Source: an uncultured Verrucomicrobiae bacterium (lineage in GTDB: Bacteria; Verrucomicrobiota; Verrucomicrobiia; Limisphaerales; JAFGQR01). Taken from it: a stretch of 64,000 nucleotides of DNA. The DNA is taken from contig CAWBHS010000065.1 of assembly GCA_963788655.1 (NCBI GenBank), positions 20,810 to 84,809 of the forward strand, given 5' to 3'. Position 1 is the stretch's first letter, and every line of letters starts with the position of its first letter. The notes below the pieces were generated by a model. The model made no database searches, had not been told where the DNA came from, and was given only the letters and a program-made list of their open reading frames with translations. The position numbers were made by a program, and so were the translations under genes. This document shows, in pieces, positions 21,129 to 30,066 of this stretch.

Positions 21129-21569
21129 ATGAAATCGGTGGGCAATACGATTGATGGCCGGCGGTTGAACGAACGGCTGGCCACGAGCGGGCTGCGCTTC
21201 ACGGCGCAGCGCCGCCACGTTTATGAAGTGCTCCTGCAAAAACAGGATCACCCGTCCGCCGAAGAAATCTTTATCCGGGCCAAGAAGGGTATGCCGGAAA
21301 TTTCCATGGCCACGGTGTACAATTGCGTGGATACGCTGGTAAAGTGCGGCTTGGTGCGGTTGGTGCATTTGGATCGCGGCCCGACCCGCTATTGTTCCAA
21401 TATGCGGGAGCACGGACATTTTTACTGCGATGTCTGTGGCAGCGTTTATGATTTCGACCTGGCCCGAAATGCGCCGCCCGCCGAATTGCAACTGCCGCGC
21501 GGCTACAAGGCCAGCCATTACGAGATTGCCGTCCATGGCGTCTGCCCGGATTGTGCGGACGCAAAGTGA
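21129..21569 (+). CDS. Fur/PerR-family transcriptional regulator
   Basis: GLRFTAQR, DHPSAEEIF, ISMATVYN, HGHFYCDVC, GVCPDC. Confidence 0.92.
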   Translation: MKSVGNTIDGRRLNERLATSGLRFTAQRRHVYEVLLQKQDHPSAEEIFIRAKKGMPEISMATVYNCVDTLVKCGLVRLVHLDRGPTRYCSNMREHGHFYCDVCGSVYDFDLARNAPPAELQLPRGYKASHYEIAVHGVCPDCADAK

Positions 21570-21638
21570 ACAGCCGGTTGTGCGGATCAAAACAGTCGAA
21601 CGATTTAATTTTAACGAGAGTAACCAGTTAACGGAAAC

Positions 21639-23087
21639 ATGAGTTCAGCCACGGAAACCATCGAAGGCTTTGTCAAACGCGAGTACAAGTACGGGTTCTA
21701 CACCGACATGGAAGCCGACTCTGCGCCTCCCGGTTTGAATGAGGACATCATTCGGTTCATCTCGCTCAAGAAAGAAGAACCGGAGTGGCTTTTGGAATGG
21801 CGGTTGAAGGCGTACCGGCACTGGTTGACGATGAAGGTGCCCGCCTGGCCGAAGGTCCACTACCCGCCGGTTAACTTTCAGGACATCGTGTATTACTCGG
21901 CGCCCCGCGGACAGGTCAACGCCCCCAAGAGCTTGGACGAAGTGGATCCCAAACTGCTCGAGACCTACGAAAAACTGGGCATTCCCCTGAAGGAACGTGA
22001 ACGTCTGGCCGGGGTCGCGGTGGACGCGGTGTTTGACAGTGTGTCGGTGGGCACCACGTTCAAGGAGCGGCTGGCGGAGAAAGGCATCATCTTCTGCTCG
22101 ATCAGCGAAGCGGTACGGGAACACCCGGAACTGGTGCGCAAGTACCTCGGCACGGTGGTTCCGTACAAGGACAATTTCTACGCGGCATTGAATTCCGCGG
22201 TGTTTACCGACGGATCCTTTTGTTACATCCCCAAAGGCGTGCGGTGCCCGATGGAACTGTCCACCTATTTCCGCATCAACGCCGCCAAGTCCGGCCAGTT
22301 CGAACGCACCCTCATTGTGGCCGAGGAAGGCGCGTATGTAAGTTACTTGGAAGGCTGCACGGCCCCAATGCGCGATGAGAACCAGCTTCACGCCGCGGTC
22401 GTCGAACTGCTCGCGTTGGAGCGGGCGGAAATCAAATATTCGACCGTGCAAAACTGGTATCCGGGCGATGAACAAGGACGCGGCGGCATTTACAACTTCG
22501 TGACCAAGCGCGGCCTGTGTAAAGGTCGCAATTCGAAGATCTCCTGGACCCAGGTCGAAACCGGCTCAGCGATCACGTGGAAATATCCGAGCTGCATCCT
22601 CCAAGGCGAGAATGCCGTGGGCGAATTCTATTCCGTGGCGCTGACCAACAATTACCAACAGGCGGACACGGGCACCAAGATGGTTCACATCGGCAAGAAC
22701 ACCCGGAGCACGATTGTGTCCAAGGGCATTTCCGCCGGACACGGCCAGAACAGCTACCGCGGCCTGGTCAAAGTGCAGAAGAGCGCCGCCCACGCGCGTA
22801 ATTTCTCGCAGTGCGACTCGCTGTTGATTGGCGACCAGTGCGGCGCCCACACGTTTCCTTACATCGAAGTGAAAAACACCTCGGGCCGGGTCGAGCACGA
22901 GGCGACCACTTCGAAGATTGGCGAAGACCAAATTTTCTATTGCAACCAACGGGGCATTTCCACGCAGGACGCGGTGAACATGATCGTCAACGGTTTTTGC
23001 AAAGAAGTGTTCCGTGAGCTGCCGATGGAGTTCGCCGTGGAAGCCCAAAAACTGCTGGGCGTGAGCCTGGAGGGTAGCGTAGGTTAG
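21639..23087 (+). CDS. sufB: Fe-S cluster assembly protein SufB
   Basis: [41 protein letters not shown]-terminus. Confidence 0.97.
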   Translation: MSSATETIEGFVKREYKYGFYTDMEADSAPPGLNEDIIRFISLKKEEPEWLLEWRLKAYRHWLTMKVPAWPKVHYPPVNFQDIVYYSAPRGQVNAPKSLDEVDPKLLETYEKLGIPLKERERLAGVAVDAVFDSVSVGTTFKERLAEKGIIFCSISEAVREHPELVRKYLGTVVPYKDNFYAALNSAVFTDGSFCYIPKGVRCPMELSTYFRINAAKSGQFERTLIVAEEGAYVSYLEGCTAPMRDENQLHAAVVELLALERAEIKYSTVQNWYPGDEQGRGGIYNFVTKRGLCKGRNSKISWTQVETGSAITWKYPSCILQGENAVGEFYSVALTNNYQQADTGTKMVHIGKNTRSTIVSKGISAGHGQNSYRGLVKVQKSAAHARNFSQCDSLLIGDQCGAHTFPYIEVKNTSGRVEHEATTSKIGEDQIFYCNQRGISTQDAVNMIVNGFCKEVFRELPMEFAVEAQKLLGVSLEGSVG

Positions 23088-23147
23088 CTGGCCGGACAGG
23101 AACACGAACCGACCGGTGCCATGGTGGTGTCGGAGGCGGGCAAAACT

Positions 23148-23642
23148 ATGGCAGAAGGCTTTTTCGACACAGCGCAGATTTGCAAGAACGGTCATCTGGT
23201 GAACGACAGCATGAAACGGTTTCCCGAAGCCAATTCACTATTTTGCTCCAAATGCGGCGAACCCACCATCACCGAGTGCGAAGCGTGCCACACGCCCATC
23301 CGCGGTTACTATCAGGTGCCGGGCGTCATCGGCTATTCCGAACGCAAAAAGGTGGCGCCGAACTTTTGCCACCACTGCGGCAAGACGTATCCCTGGACCG
23401 ACCGCTGGCTGCAAACCAGCCGGGAAATGGTGAACGAGCTGGACGAATTGGCGCCGCCGGATCGGGAGCAGTTTCAACGCTGTCTGCCCGACTTGGTGCG
23501 GGAAGGCCCGGCCACGGAACTGGCGGCAGTGCGCGTCCGGAAGATTATGAAGAAGCTCAACAAAGAGACCTATGAACTGACGCGAATGGTCATTGACGAG
23601 CAGTTGAGCGAACCGGCGCGCAAAACCTTGTTTGGATTGTAA
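23148..23642 (+). CDS. Cys-rich zinc-ribbon protein (DUF2321-like)
   Basis: AQICKNGH, FCSKCG, CEAC..PIRG, FCHHCGKTYPWT. Confidence 0.7.
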   Translation: MAEGFFDTAQICKNGHLVNDSMKRFPEANSLFCSKCGEPTITECEACHTPIRGYYQVPGVIGYSERKKVAPNFCHHCGKTYPWTDRWLQTSREMVNELDELAPPDREQFQRCLPDLVREGPATELAAVRVRKIMKKLNKETYELTRMVIDEQLSEPARKTLFGL

Positions 23643-23718
23643 AACGCGCGAGGGGCGCACCGCCGATGGCGGGAACAATTTACTAATGAAGTAAGCGACG
23701 AGAACGAACAAAGAAGAC

Positions 23719-24489
23719 ATGACTCAACCAATCCTTGAAATCAAAAACCTGAGTGCCGGGGTCGAGAACAAACAGATTCTCAAAGGCATCAACCTGACCG
23801 TCAATCCCGGCGAAGTCCACGCCGTCATGGGCCCGAATGGCAGCGGCAAGAGCACCCTCGCCGCGGTGCTCGCCGGTCGCGCCGGCTACGAGGTCAACGG
23901 CGGTGACGTGCTTTATCTGGGGCAGAACCTGCTCGAATTGGCTCCGGAAGAACGCGCTCGCGAAGGGCTCTTTCTCGCGTTCCAATACCCGGTGGAAATT
24001 CCCGGAGTCAACAGCACCTACTTTTTGAAAGCAGCCTACAACGAGATCCGCAAACACAAAAGCCAGCCCGAGCTCGACGCCATGGAGTTTCTCGAACTGG
24101 TGAAGGAGAGGATGAAGCTGTTGCACCTGCCGGATGACTTGCTCAAGCGTCCGGTGAACGAAGGGTTCTCCGGCGGCGAGAAAAAACGGAATGAGATCTT
24201 TCAAATGGCGGTGCTGGAACCGCGCCTGGCCGTGCTCGATGAAACGGATTCCGGCCTGGACATTGACGCGCTTAAAGTCGTGGCCAACGGCGTCAACAAA
24301 TTGAAAAGCGCCGACAACGCCCAGCTTGTCATCACCCATTACCAACGGCTGCTGAATTACATTGTGCCGGACTTCGTGCATGTCTTGTACGACGGCCGGA
24401 TCGTCAAATCCGGCGGCAAAGAGCTGGCGTTCGAACTCGAGGAAAAAGGCTACGACTGGATCATCAACCCGGAGCCTGTCCCAGCCTGA
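23719..24489 (+). CDS. sufC: Fe-S cluster assembly ATPase SufC
   Basis: GPNGSGKST, FQYPVEIPG, FSGGEKKRNE, LDETDSGLD, ITHYQRLL. Confidence 0.97.
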   Translation: MTQPILEIKNLSAGVENKQILKGINLTVNPGEVHAVMGPNGSGKSTLAAVLAGRAGYEVNGGDVLYLGQNLLELAPEERAREGLFLAFQYPVEIPGVNSTYFLKAAYNEIRKHKSQPELDAMEFLELVKERMKLLHLPDDLLKRPVNEGFSGGEKKRNEIFQMAVLEPRLAVLDETDSGLDIDALKVVANGVNKLKSADNAQLVITHYQRLLNYIVPDFVHVLYDGRIVKSGGKELAFELEEKGYDWIINPEPVPA

Positions 24490-24514
24490 TCCGACAACCC
24501 GTTTAAGGAACCAC

Positions 24515-25900
24515 ATGGTGACTGCTCTTCCCGCCAATTCGAATCAAGTCCTGAAAGAAACCGGCCCCTACTGGGACAAGTTCGCGCGGCTGCAAAAGGT
24601 CCTCCACGATCCGGACTGGGTGGCGGCGGCGCGCAAAGCGGCGATGTCCCGCTTCACCGAATTGGGCTTCCCCACCTTGCAGGATGAAGACTGGCGCTTC
24701 ACCAATCTGGCGCCGCTGGTCAAGCTGCCCTTTCGTCCACAGTTTGCGCTGCCCACCGAGGGTTTGACCCGCGACATCTTGGAACCGCTGGCCTTTGCCG
24801 GCGGCAACGGACCGCGGTTGGTATTCGTCAACGGCCATTTCGCCCCGGAACTTTCCACAGTAACTTCGCTGCCGGACGGCGTGATCGTGAGCAGCCTTGC
24901 CGCCGCGCTGGCGAAGGAGCCGGAACTGTTGCGGAAGCATCTATTCCGCGTGGCGAAAACCGAGGCCAATGCCTTTGCGGCTTTGAACACCGCGTTCTTC
25001 CAGGACGGCCTGTTCATTTATGTTCCTGCAGGCCAGGTTGTCTCCGAACCGGTGCAAGCGGTTTATGTCTCCACCGCCAAAGAAAATGGCGGCACCGCGC
25101 ACCCGCGCAATTTGATCGTGGCCGAAGCCAACAGCCAATTGACCTTCCTCGAGAATTACGTCAGCGCCACGACGGCGGCACATTTTACCAACGCCGTGAC
25201 CGAATTGGTGGCGGGCGACAATGCGCAAATCGAACACGTCAAATACCAAAACGAAGGTCTGCAGGCCTTCCATTTGGCGGCGCTGCAATCCGACCTGGGC
25301 CGCAACTCTCGGGTGGCGATGCATTCGTTTGCCCTCGGCGCCCGGCTTTCCCGGAACAACATCGACACCTATCTCGGCGGCGAAGGGCTGGAGTGCATGT
25401 TGAACGGTCTGTACGTGACTCGTGACGACCAACTGGCCGACCATCACATGGTGGTCGAACACGCCCAGCCTCATTGCGACAGTCACGAGTATTTCAATGG
25501 CATTCTCGCCGACCGATCCAAAGGGGTCTTCCACGGACGCATCCTGGTGCAGCCCGGTGCGCAAAAGACCGACGCCAAGCAAACCAACAAAAACTTGCTG
25601 CTTTCCGACGACGCCACGGTCGATACCAAACCGCAACTGGAGATTTACGCCGACGACGTGAAATGCACCCACGGCGCTACCATCGGCCAGTTGAACGAGG
25701 AATCCATTTTCTATCTCCGCTCGCGCGGCATCGGACTCGAAACCGCGCGCCGGATGTTGATTCATGCGTTTGCCGGCGAAATCATCGAACGCATTCGCCA
25801 TCCGGCGGTGCGCGAGGAACTCGATCAAATTATTTGGGACCGCCTGGAAGAACATCCGTTGGTGGGTGAAAAACATGACGCCGCGTTGGTCGAAGCCTGA
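24515..25900 (+). CDS. sufD: Fe-S cluster assembly protein SufD
   Basis: EDWRFT, QKTDAKQ, TKPQLEIYADDVKCTHGAT, FYLRSRGI. Confidence 0.95.
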   Translation: MVTALPANSNQVLKETGPYWDKFARLQKVLHDPDWVAAARKAAMSRFTELGFPTLQDEDWRFTNLAPLVKLPFRPQFALPTEGLTRDILEPLAFAGGNGPRLVFVNGHFAPELSTVTSLPDGVIVSSLAAALAKEPELLRKHLFRVAKTEANAFAALNTAFFQDGLFIYVPAGQVVSEPVQAVYVSTAKENGGTAHPRNLIVAEANSQLTFLENYVSATTAAHFTNAVTELVAGDNAQIEHVKYQNEGLQAFHLAALQSDLGRNSRVAMHSFALGARLSRNNIDTYLGGEGLECMLNGLYVTRDDQLADHHMVVEHAQPHCDSHEYFNGILADRSKGVFHGRILVQPGAQKTDAKQTNKNLLLSDDATVDTKPQLEIYADDVKCTHGATIGQLNEESIFYLRSRGIGLETARRMLIHAFAGEIIERIRHPAVREELDQIIWDRLEEHPLVGEKHDAALVEA

Positions 25901-25947
25901 ACCAATGGAACGTTTGAAATCCCCCCACCACTGGCCGTGCGCAGCCT

Positions 25948-26403
25948 ATGTTTGACGACTTAACCGATTTGTATCAGCAGGTCATTCTCGACCACAGCAA
26001 GAGCCCGCGTAATTTCCACAAGCTCGAGGGCGCCACCCACACCGCGCGCGGCCAAAACCCGTTGTGCGGCGACAACGTCACGCTCTATCTGCAAACCGAA
26101 GGCGACGTCATCAAGGACATCAGTTTCGAAGGTTCGGGCTGCGCCATTTCGAAGGCTTCGGCCTCGTTGTTGACTGCCGCGCTCAAAGGTAAAACCAAGG
26201 CCGAAGTGAAAGCGCTGTTCGACAAAGTTCACGATATGGTGACCACCGGCAAAGGCAGCGGCGAAGTCGGCAAACTCTCAGTGTTTGCCGGCGTCCATAA
26301 ATTTCCCGCGCGCGTCAAATGCGCCATTCTCCCATGGCACGCCGTCATGGCTGCCTTGGAAGGAAAACAGGAGCCGGTGAGCACGGAGAAAGAGGACACT
26401 TGA
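25948..26403 (+). CDS. sufU: SufU (NifU-family) sulfur-transfer protein
   Basis: LYQQVILDH, NPLCGD, GCAISKAS, ARVKCA. Confidence 0.93.
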   Translation: MFDDLTDLYQQVILDHSKSPRNFHKLEGATHTARGQNPLCGDNVTLYLQTEGDVIKDISFEGSGCAISKASASLLTAALKGKTKAEVKALFDKVHDMVTTGKGSGEVGKLSVFAGVHKFPARVKCAILPWHAVMAALEGKQEPVSTEKEDT

Positions 26404-26460
26404 TTGGCGCTCAACTGATGCCGTTTGTGCAAAAAACGTTTTCCCAAGATCTTTCAACCT

Positions 26461-27030
26461 ATGGACACGAATGAATCCGTAACGCTCGTTCGCGACGTCG
26501 AAGCCGCCATGGTGCCCGCGGGCACCCCGGTCACTTTGGAGAAAGGTGTTTCCGCCCGCATTACCCAATCGCTGGGCGGCACTTATACCGTCGTAGTCAA
26601 TGGCAACATGTTCCGCATCGACAGCCGGAATGCCGACGCGTTGGGACTCAAGCCGGAAACACCATCCGCCGCGCCCGCCACGGAAGCGGGTCCGGGTAAA
26701 TCCACGACGCCGGAAGACTTGGAAAAGCAGGTCTGGGACGAGTTGAAGAACGTTTACGATCCGGAGATCCCAGTCAATATCGTGGACCTCGGGCTCGTGT
26801 ACGATTGCACGGTCAGCCCGCTCGGAACGGACAACACGTTCAAAGTCCACGTGCGCATGACCCTGACCGCGCCCGGTTGTGGCATGGGACCCATGATTGC
26901 CCAGGATGCCCAGAACCGCCTGCTCTCCCTCGAACCCGTCGATGAAGCCGAAGTCGAGTTGGTGTGGGATCCGCCATGGAACCAAGACATGCTGTCCGAA
27001 ACCGCCAAATTGCAGCTTGGATTGATGTAG
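26461..27030 (+). CDS. sufT: Fe-S assembly protein SufT (DUF59)
   Basis: ITQSLGG, YDPEIPVNIVDLGL, MTLTAPGCGMG, WDPPW. Confidence 0.9.
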   Translation: MDTNESVTLVRDVEAAMVPAGTPVTLEKGVSARITQSLGGTYTVVVNGNMFRIDSRNADALGLKPETPSAAPATEAGPGKSTTPEDLEKQVWDELKNVYDPEIPVNIVDLGLVYDCTVSPLGTDNTFKVHVRMTLTAPGCGMGPMIAQDAQNRLLSLEPVDEAEVELVWDPPWNQDMLSETAKLQLGLM

Positions 27031-27042
27031 GATCGCAATTCC

Positions 27043-28305
27043 ATGACCACGGAAAACGCCACCTCATCTGCCGCCACCCAGTCGGTCGATTGGCCCTCAT
27101 TGCGCGCTGACTTTCCCATTCTCGATCAGCAGGTCAACGGCAAGCCCTTGATCTATTTTGACAATGCGGCAACGTCGCAAAAACCGCGGGCCGTGATCGA
27201 GGCCTTGCGCCATTATTACGAGCACGACAACGCCAATGTCCACCGCGGTATTCACAAGCTGAGCAACCGGGCCACCGCCGCCTTTGAAGCCGCGCGGGAA
27301 CGCACCGCGAAGTTCATCAATGCCCATAGCGCCGAGGAAATTGTCTTCACGCGCGGCACCACCGAGGGCATCAACTTGGTCGCCCAGGCTTGGGGTTCCC
27401 AGCATCTTCAGCGCGGCGACAAAATTCTGCTCACCGAGATGGAGCACCACAGCAACATCGTGCCCTGGCAACTGCTGGCGAAACGCAGCGGCGCGCAACT
27501 GGTGTATTTACCCGTAACCGGTGATCTGGGTTTGATCGATTTCTCCCGACTCGACGATTGGCTGACCCCGGAGGTCAAACTGGTTTCGCTGACCCATATC
27601 TCGAACTCACTCGGTACGATCAATCCGGTAGCCGAAGTCTGCGCGAAAGCGCGAAAGCGCGGTATCACCACGCTCGTCGATGCGGCCCAAAGCGCGGGCC
27701 ACCGGAAGCTTGATGTTCAGGAGATCGGCTGCGATTTCCTGGCGTTCAGCGGACACAAAATGTGCGGGCCCACCGGTTTCGGCATTCTTTATGGCCGCGC
27801 CGAGCAATTGGAAGCCATGCCCCCATACCAGGGTGGCGGCGAAATGATTCTGTCCGTGGATTTCCAAGAGACGACCTTCAAGCAAGCGCCGCACAAGTTT
27901 GAAGCGGGCACGCCCGACATCTCCGGCGCCATCGGGCTGCACGCCGCGATGGATTATCTGGACCGGATCGAGCGCGATAACATTGCCCGGCACGATCTGG
28001 AACTGGGCGCCTACGCGTACGAAAAGCTCGCGCAACTGAAGAACATTCGCCTCTTTGGACCCGCCACCGGCCGGGCTGGCTTGGTAAGCTTTTTGTTGAA
28101 AGACATCCACGCGCATGACGTGGTGACGGTGGCGGACCAATTCGGCGTGGCCCTGCGCGGTGGGCACCATTGCAATCAGCCGTTGATGCACAAGCTGGGC
28201 GTCGAATCCACGGCCCGCGCCAGTTTCTATTTTTACAACACCACCGCCGAAATTGACCGGTTCGTGGAAGTCATTCGTGAAATCCAGAAATTCTTTGGTG
28301 CGTAA
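27043..28305 (+). CDS. sufS: Cysteine desulfurase SufS
   Basis: DNAATSQKP, EHHSN, FSGHKM (PLP Lys), RGGHHC. Confidence 0.96.
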   Translation: MTTENATSSAATQSVDWPSLRADFPILDQQVNGKPLIYFDNAATSQKPRAVIEALRHYYEHDNANVHRGIHKLSNRATAAFEAARERTAKFINAHSAEEIVFTRGTTEGINLVAQAWGSQHLQRGDKILLTEMEHHSNIVPWQLLAKRSGAQLVYLPVTGDLGLIDFSRLDDWLTPEVKLVSLTHISNSLGTINPVAEVCAKARKRGITTLVDAAQSAGHRKLDVQEIGCDFLAFSGHKMCGPTGFGILYGRAEQLEAMPPYQGGGEMILSVDFQETTFKQAPHKFEAGTPDISGAIGLHAAMDYLDRIERDNIARHDLELGAYAYEKLAQLKNIRLFGPATGRAGLVSFLLKDIHAHDVVTVADQFGVALRGGHHCNQPLMHKLGVESTARASFYFYNTTAEIDRFVEVIREIQKFFGA

Positions 28306-28353
28306 CAGTTCAACCCGACTGCAATCGCCAGCCAGCGAGCCAGTGACGAAACC

Positions 28354-28902
28354 ATGACCACTCTCGTTCGCGAATTGGAAGCCCGACTGCAGCCGTGGCG
28401 TCCCGACAATGCGCCGGAGGTTGAGCGGGATTTGCTGCGCACCCTGGCCCGCCTCGAAAACGAAGAGGCCTTGGGCCCCATCGACGCCACTGGCCAACCG
28501 GGGCGGTTCATTCTGGCGGCCGGTGGTTTGGTTTGGCATCGGCCGGCCCACGAACGATGCCTGGCGCTCATCCATCGTCCGCGCTATGACGACTGGACCC
28601 TGCCCAAAGGAAAAATGGACCACGGGGAAATCCCCTCCAAAACGGCGCGCCGCGAAGTCTGGGAAGAAACCGCCTGCCGGGTCGAACTCCGCCAATTTGC
28701 CGGCATCATTGATTACGTCGTCAAGACTGGCCCCAAATTTGTGCTCTACTGGGAAATGGAGGCCATTCAGGTCAACCCGCTCAAGCCCTCTTCCGAAGTG
28801 GACGACCTGGTCTGGCTGCCTTTACCGGCGGCACGGCAGCGGCTGAGCTACGACGTGGAGCGTAATTTCTTACAGCGCGTTCTGGCGCCGGAAGACGTTT
28901 GA
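28354..28902 (+). CDS. NUDIX hydrolase
   Basis: HRPRYDDWTLPKGK followed by Nudix box GEIPSKTARREVWEET. Confidence 0.9.
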   Translation: MTTLVRELEARLQPWRPDNAPEVERDLLRTLARLENEEALGPIDATGQPGRFILAAGGLVWHRPAHERCLALIHRPRYDDWTLPKGKMDHGEIPSKTARREVWEETACRVELRQFAGIIDYVVKTGPKFVLYWEMEAIQVNPLKPSSEVDDLVWLPLPAARQRLSYDVERNFLQRVLAPEDV

Positions 28903-28964
28903 AAGCCAAGCTTGCCACAGGAAAACGAGTCGTTACCCTGCGCCGCAATACAACATTTAACACT

Positions 28965-29411
28965 ATGAAAATCTTCTCAATGATTATCGCGCTGTTGGTG
29001 GCGACGTCCTTCAACCTGCTCGCCGCCGATGGTGGAGCCCGGAACGCCAAAAAAGCCAAGGCCCCCAAGGAAAGCAAGCAGGCCAAAACCGCCAAGCAGC
29101 CCAAGGGCAAGCTGTATCACGTCGTGGCGTTCAAATTTAAAGCCGACGCCACTCCGGAACAAATCAAGGAAGTGGAAGACGCCTTCGAGGCGTTGAAAGG
29201 CAAGGTTGCGGAGATCAAGTCCCTGGAATGGGGCACCAACGTCAGCCCGGAAAAACACGACAAGGGCTTCACCCATTGCTTCGTCCTCACCTTCAAAAAA
29301 GAAGCGGATCGTGATGCGTACCTCGTGCATCCGGCCCACAAGGCCTTTGGCGCTCTGGTCGGACCGGTAATGGACGATGTCTTTGTGGTGGATTTCTGGG
29401 GAAAGAAATAA
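28965..29411 (+). CDS. Dabb-family (stress-responsive A/B barrel) protein with signal peptide
   Basis: HVVAFKFK, EWGTNVSPE, GFTHCF, YLVHPAH, VVDF. Confidence 0.88.
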   Translation: MKIFSMIIALLVATSFNLLAADGGARNAKKAKAPKESKQAKTAKQPKGKLYHVVAFKFKADATPEQIKEVEDAFEALKGKVAEIKSLEWGTNVSPEKHDKGFTHCFVLTFKKEADRDAYLVHPAHKAFGALVGPVMDDVFVVDFWGKK

Positions 29412-29423
29412 ATCTTCAGCGGC

Positions 29424-29642
29424 CACAGCCGCACCAAGGCGCATCGTCAATGGCGCGGCCAGGAGTTTCAGCGCGACCTCCAAGCCCGCGGGATTTACGT
29501 CCCCAGCACCTCCTGGGCAGGACTGGCCGAAGAAGCCGGCGGCGCGTACAAGGACATAGATGAGGTTATCGAAGCGTCTGACCTCGCCGGATTGTGTCGG
29601 CGCGTAGTGCGGCTGACGCCCATCGGTAACATCAAAGGTTGA
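29424..29642 (+). pseudogene. rtcB: C-terminal remnant of RNA ligase RtcB
   Basis: Manual translation SRTKAHRQWRG...LAEEAGGAYKDIDEVIEASDLAGLCRRVVRLTPIGNIKG*; no start codon, in-frame TAA at 29409. Confidence 0.8.
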
Positions 29643-29643
29643 C

Positions 29644-29853
29644 ATGCCCAATCGCACCCCCACGACCATCATCAGCGGTCCGCTCGGTAGCGGCAAGACC
29701 ACCCTGCTGCGTTATGTGCTCGCATCTACTCGACGCAAGCTCGCCATTGTGATGAACGAGTTTGACGGAGTAGCGATTGACATCAAGATCATCGAAGACA
29801 AAAGCATTCGCGTGGCCGAACGGGCCGGACAACGTTACCCGAAAACCCAATAG
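29644..29853 (+). pseudogene. N-terminal remnant of a CobW/COG0523 GTPase
   Basis: TIISGPLGSGKTTLL and AIVMNEF; similarity lost before the expected CxCC motif. Confidence 0.75.
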
Positions 29854-30062
29854 ACCACGACCTGGACCGCGCAAATCAGCACTGCCCAGAAACGCACATT
29901 GCGCCACCACGGCGGTACCCCATCTTCCTGGCCAATCAGTCGTTTGGGCAGGGCCATGATGCCGATCAAGAGCAGCAGGAACACACCGCTGAACATGATT
30001 TGTCCGATGGACGCCAGCAGCAGGATTGAAATACCGGTGGACATAAAGAGAACCATTTCCAT
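29835..30062 (-). CDS. Small membrane protein downstream of the SSS transporter
   Basis: 75 aa, hydrophobic, PWWRNVRFWA...YWVFG; starts 4 bp after the symporter stop. Confidence 0.55.
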   Translation of the reverse strand: MEMVLFMSTGISILLLASIGQIMFSGVFLLLLIGIMALPKRLIGQEDGVPPWWRNVRFWAVLICAVQVVVYWVFG

Positions 30063-30066
30063 CGCT

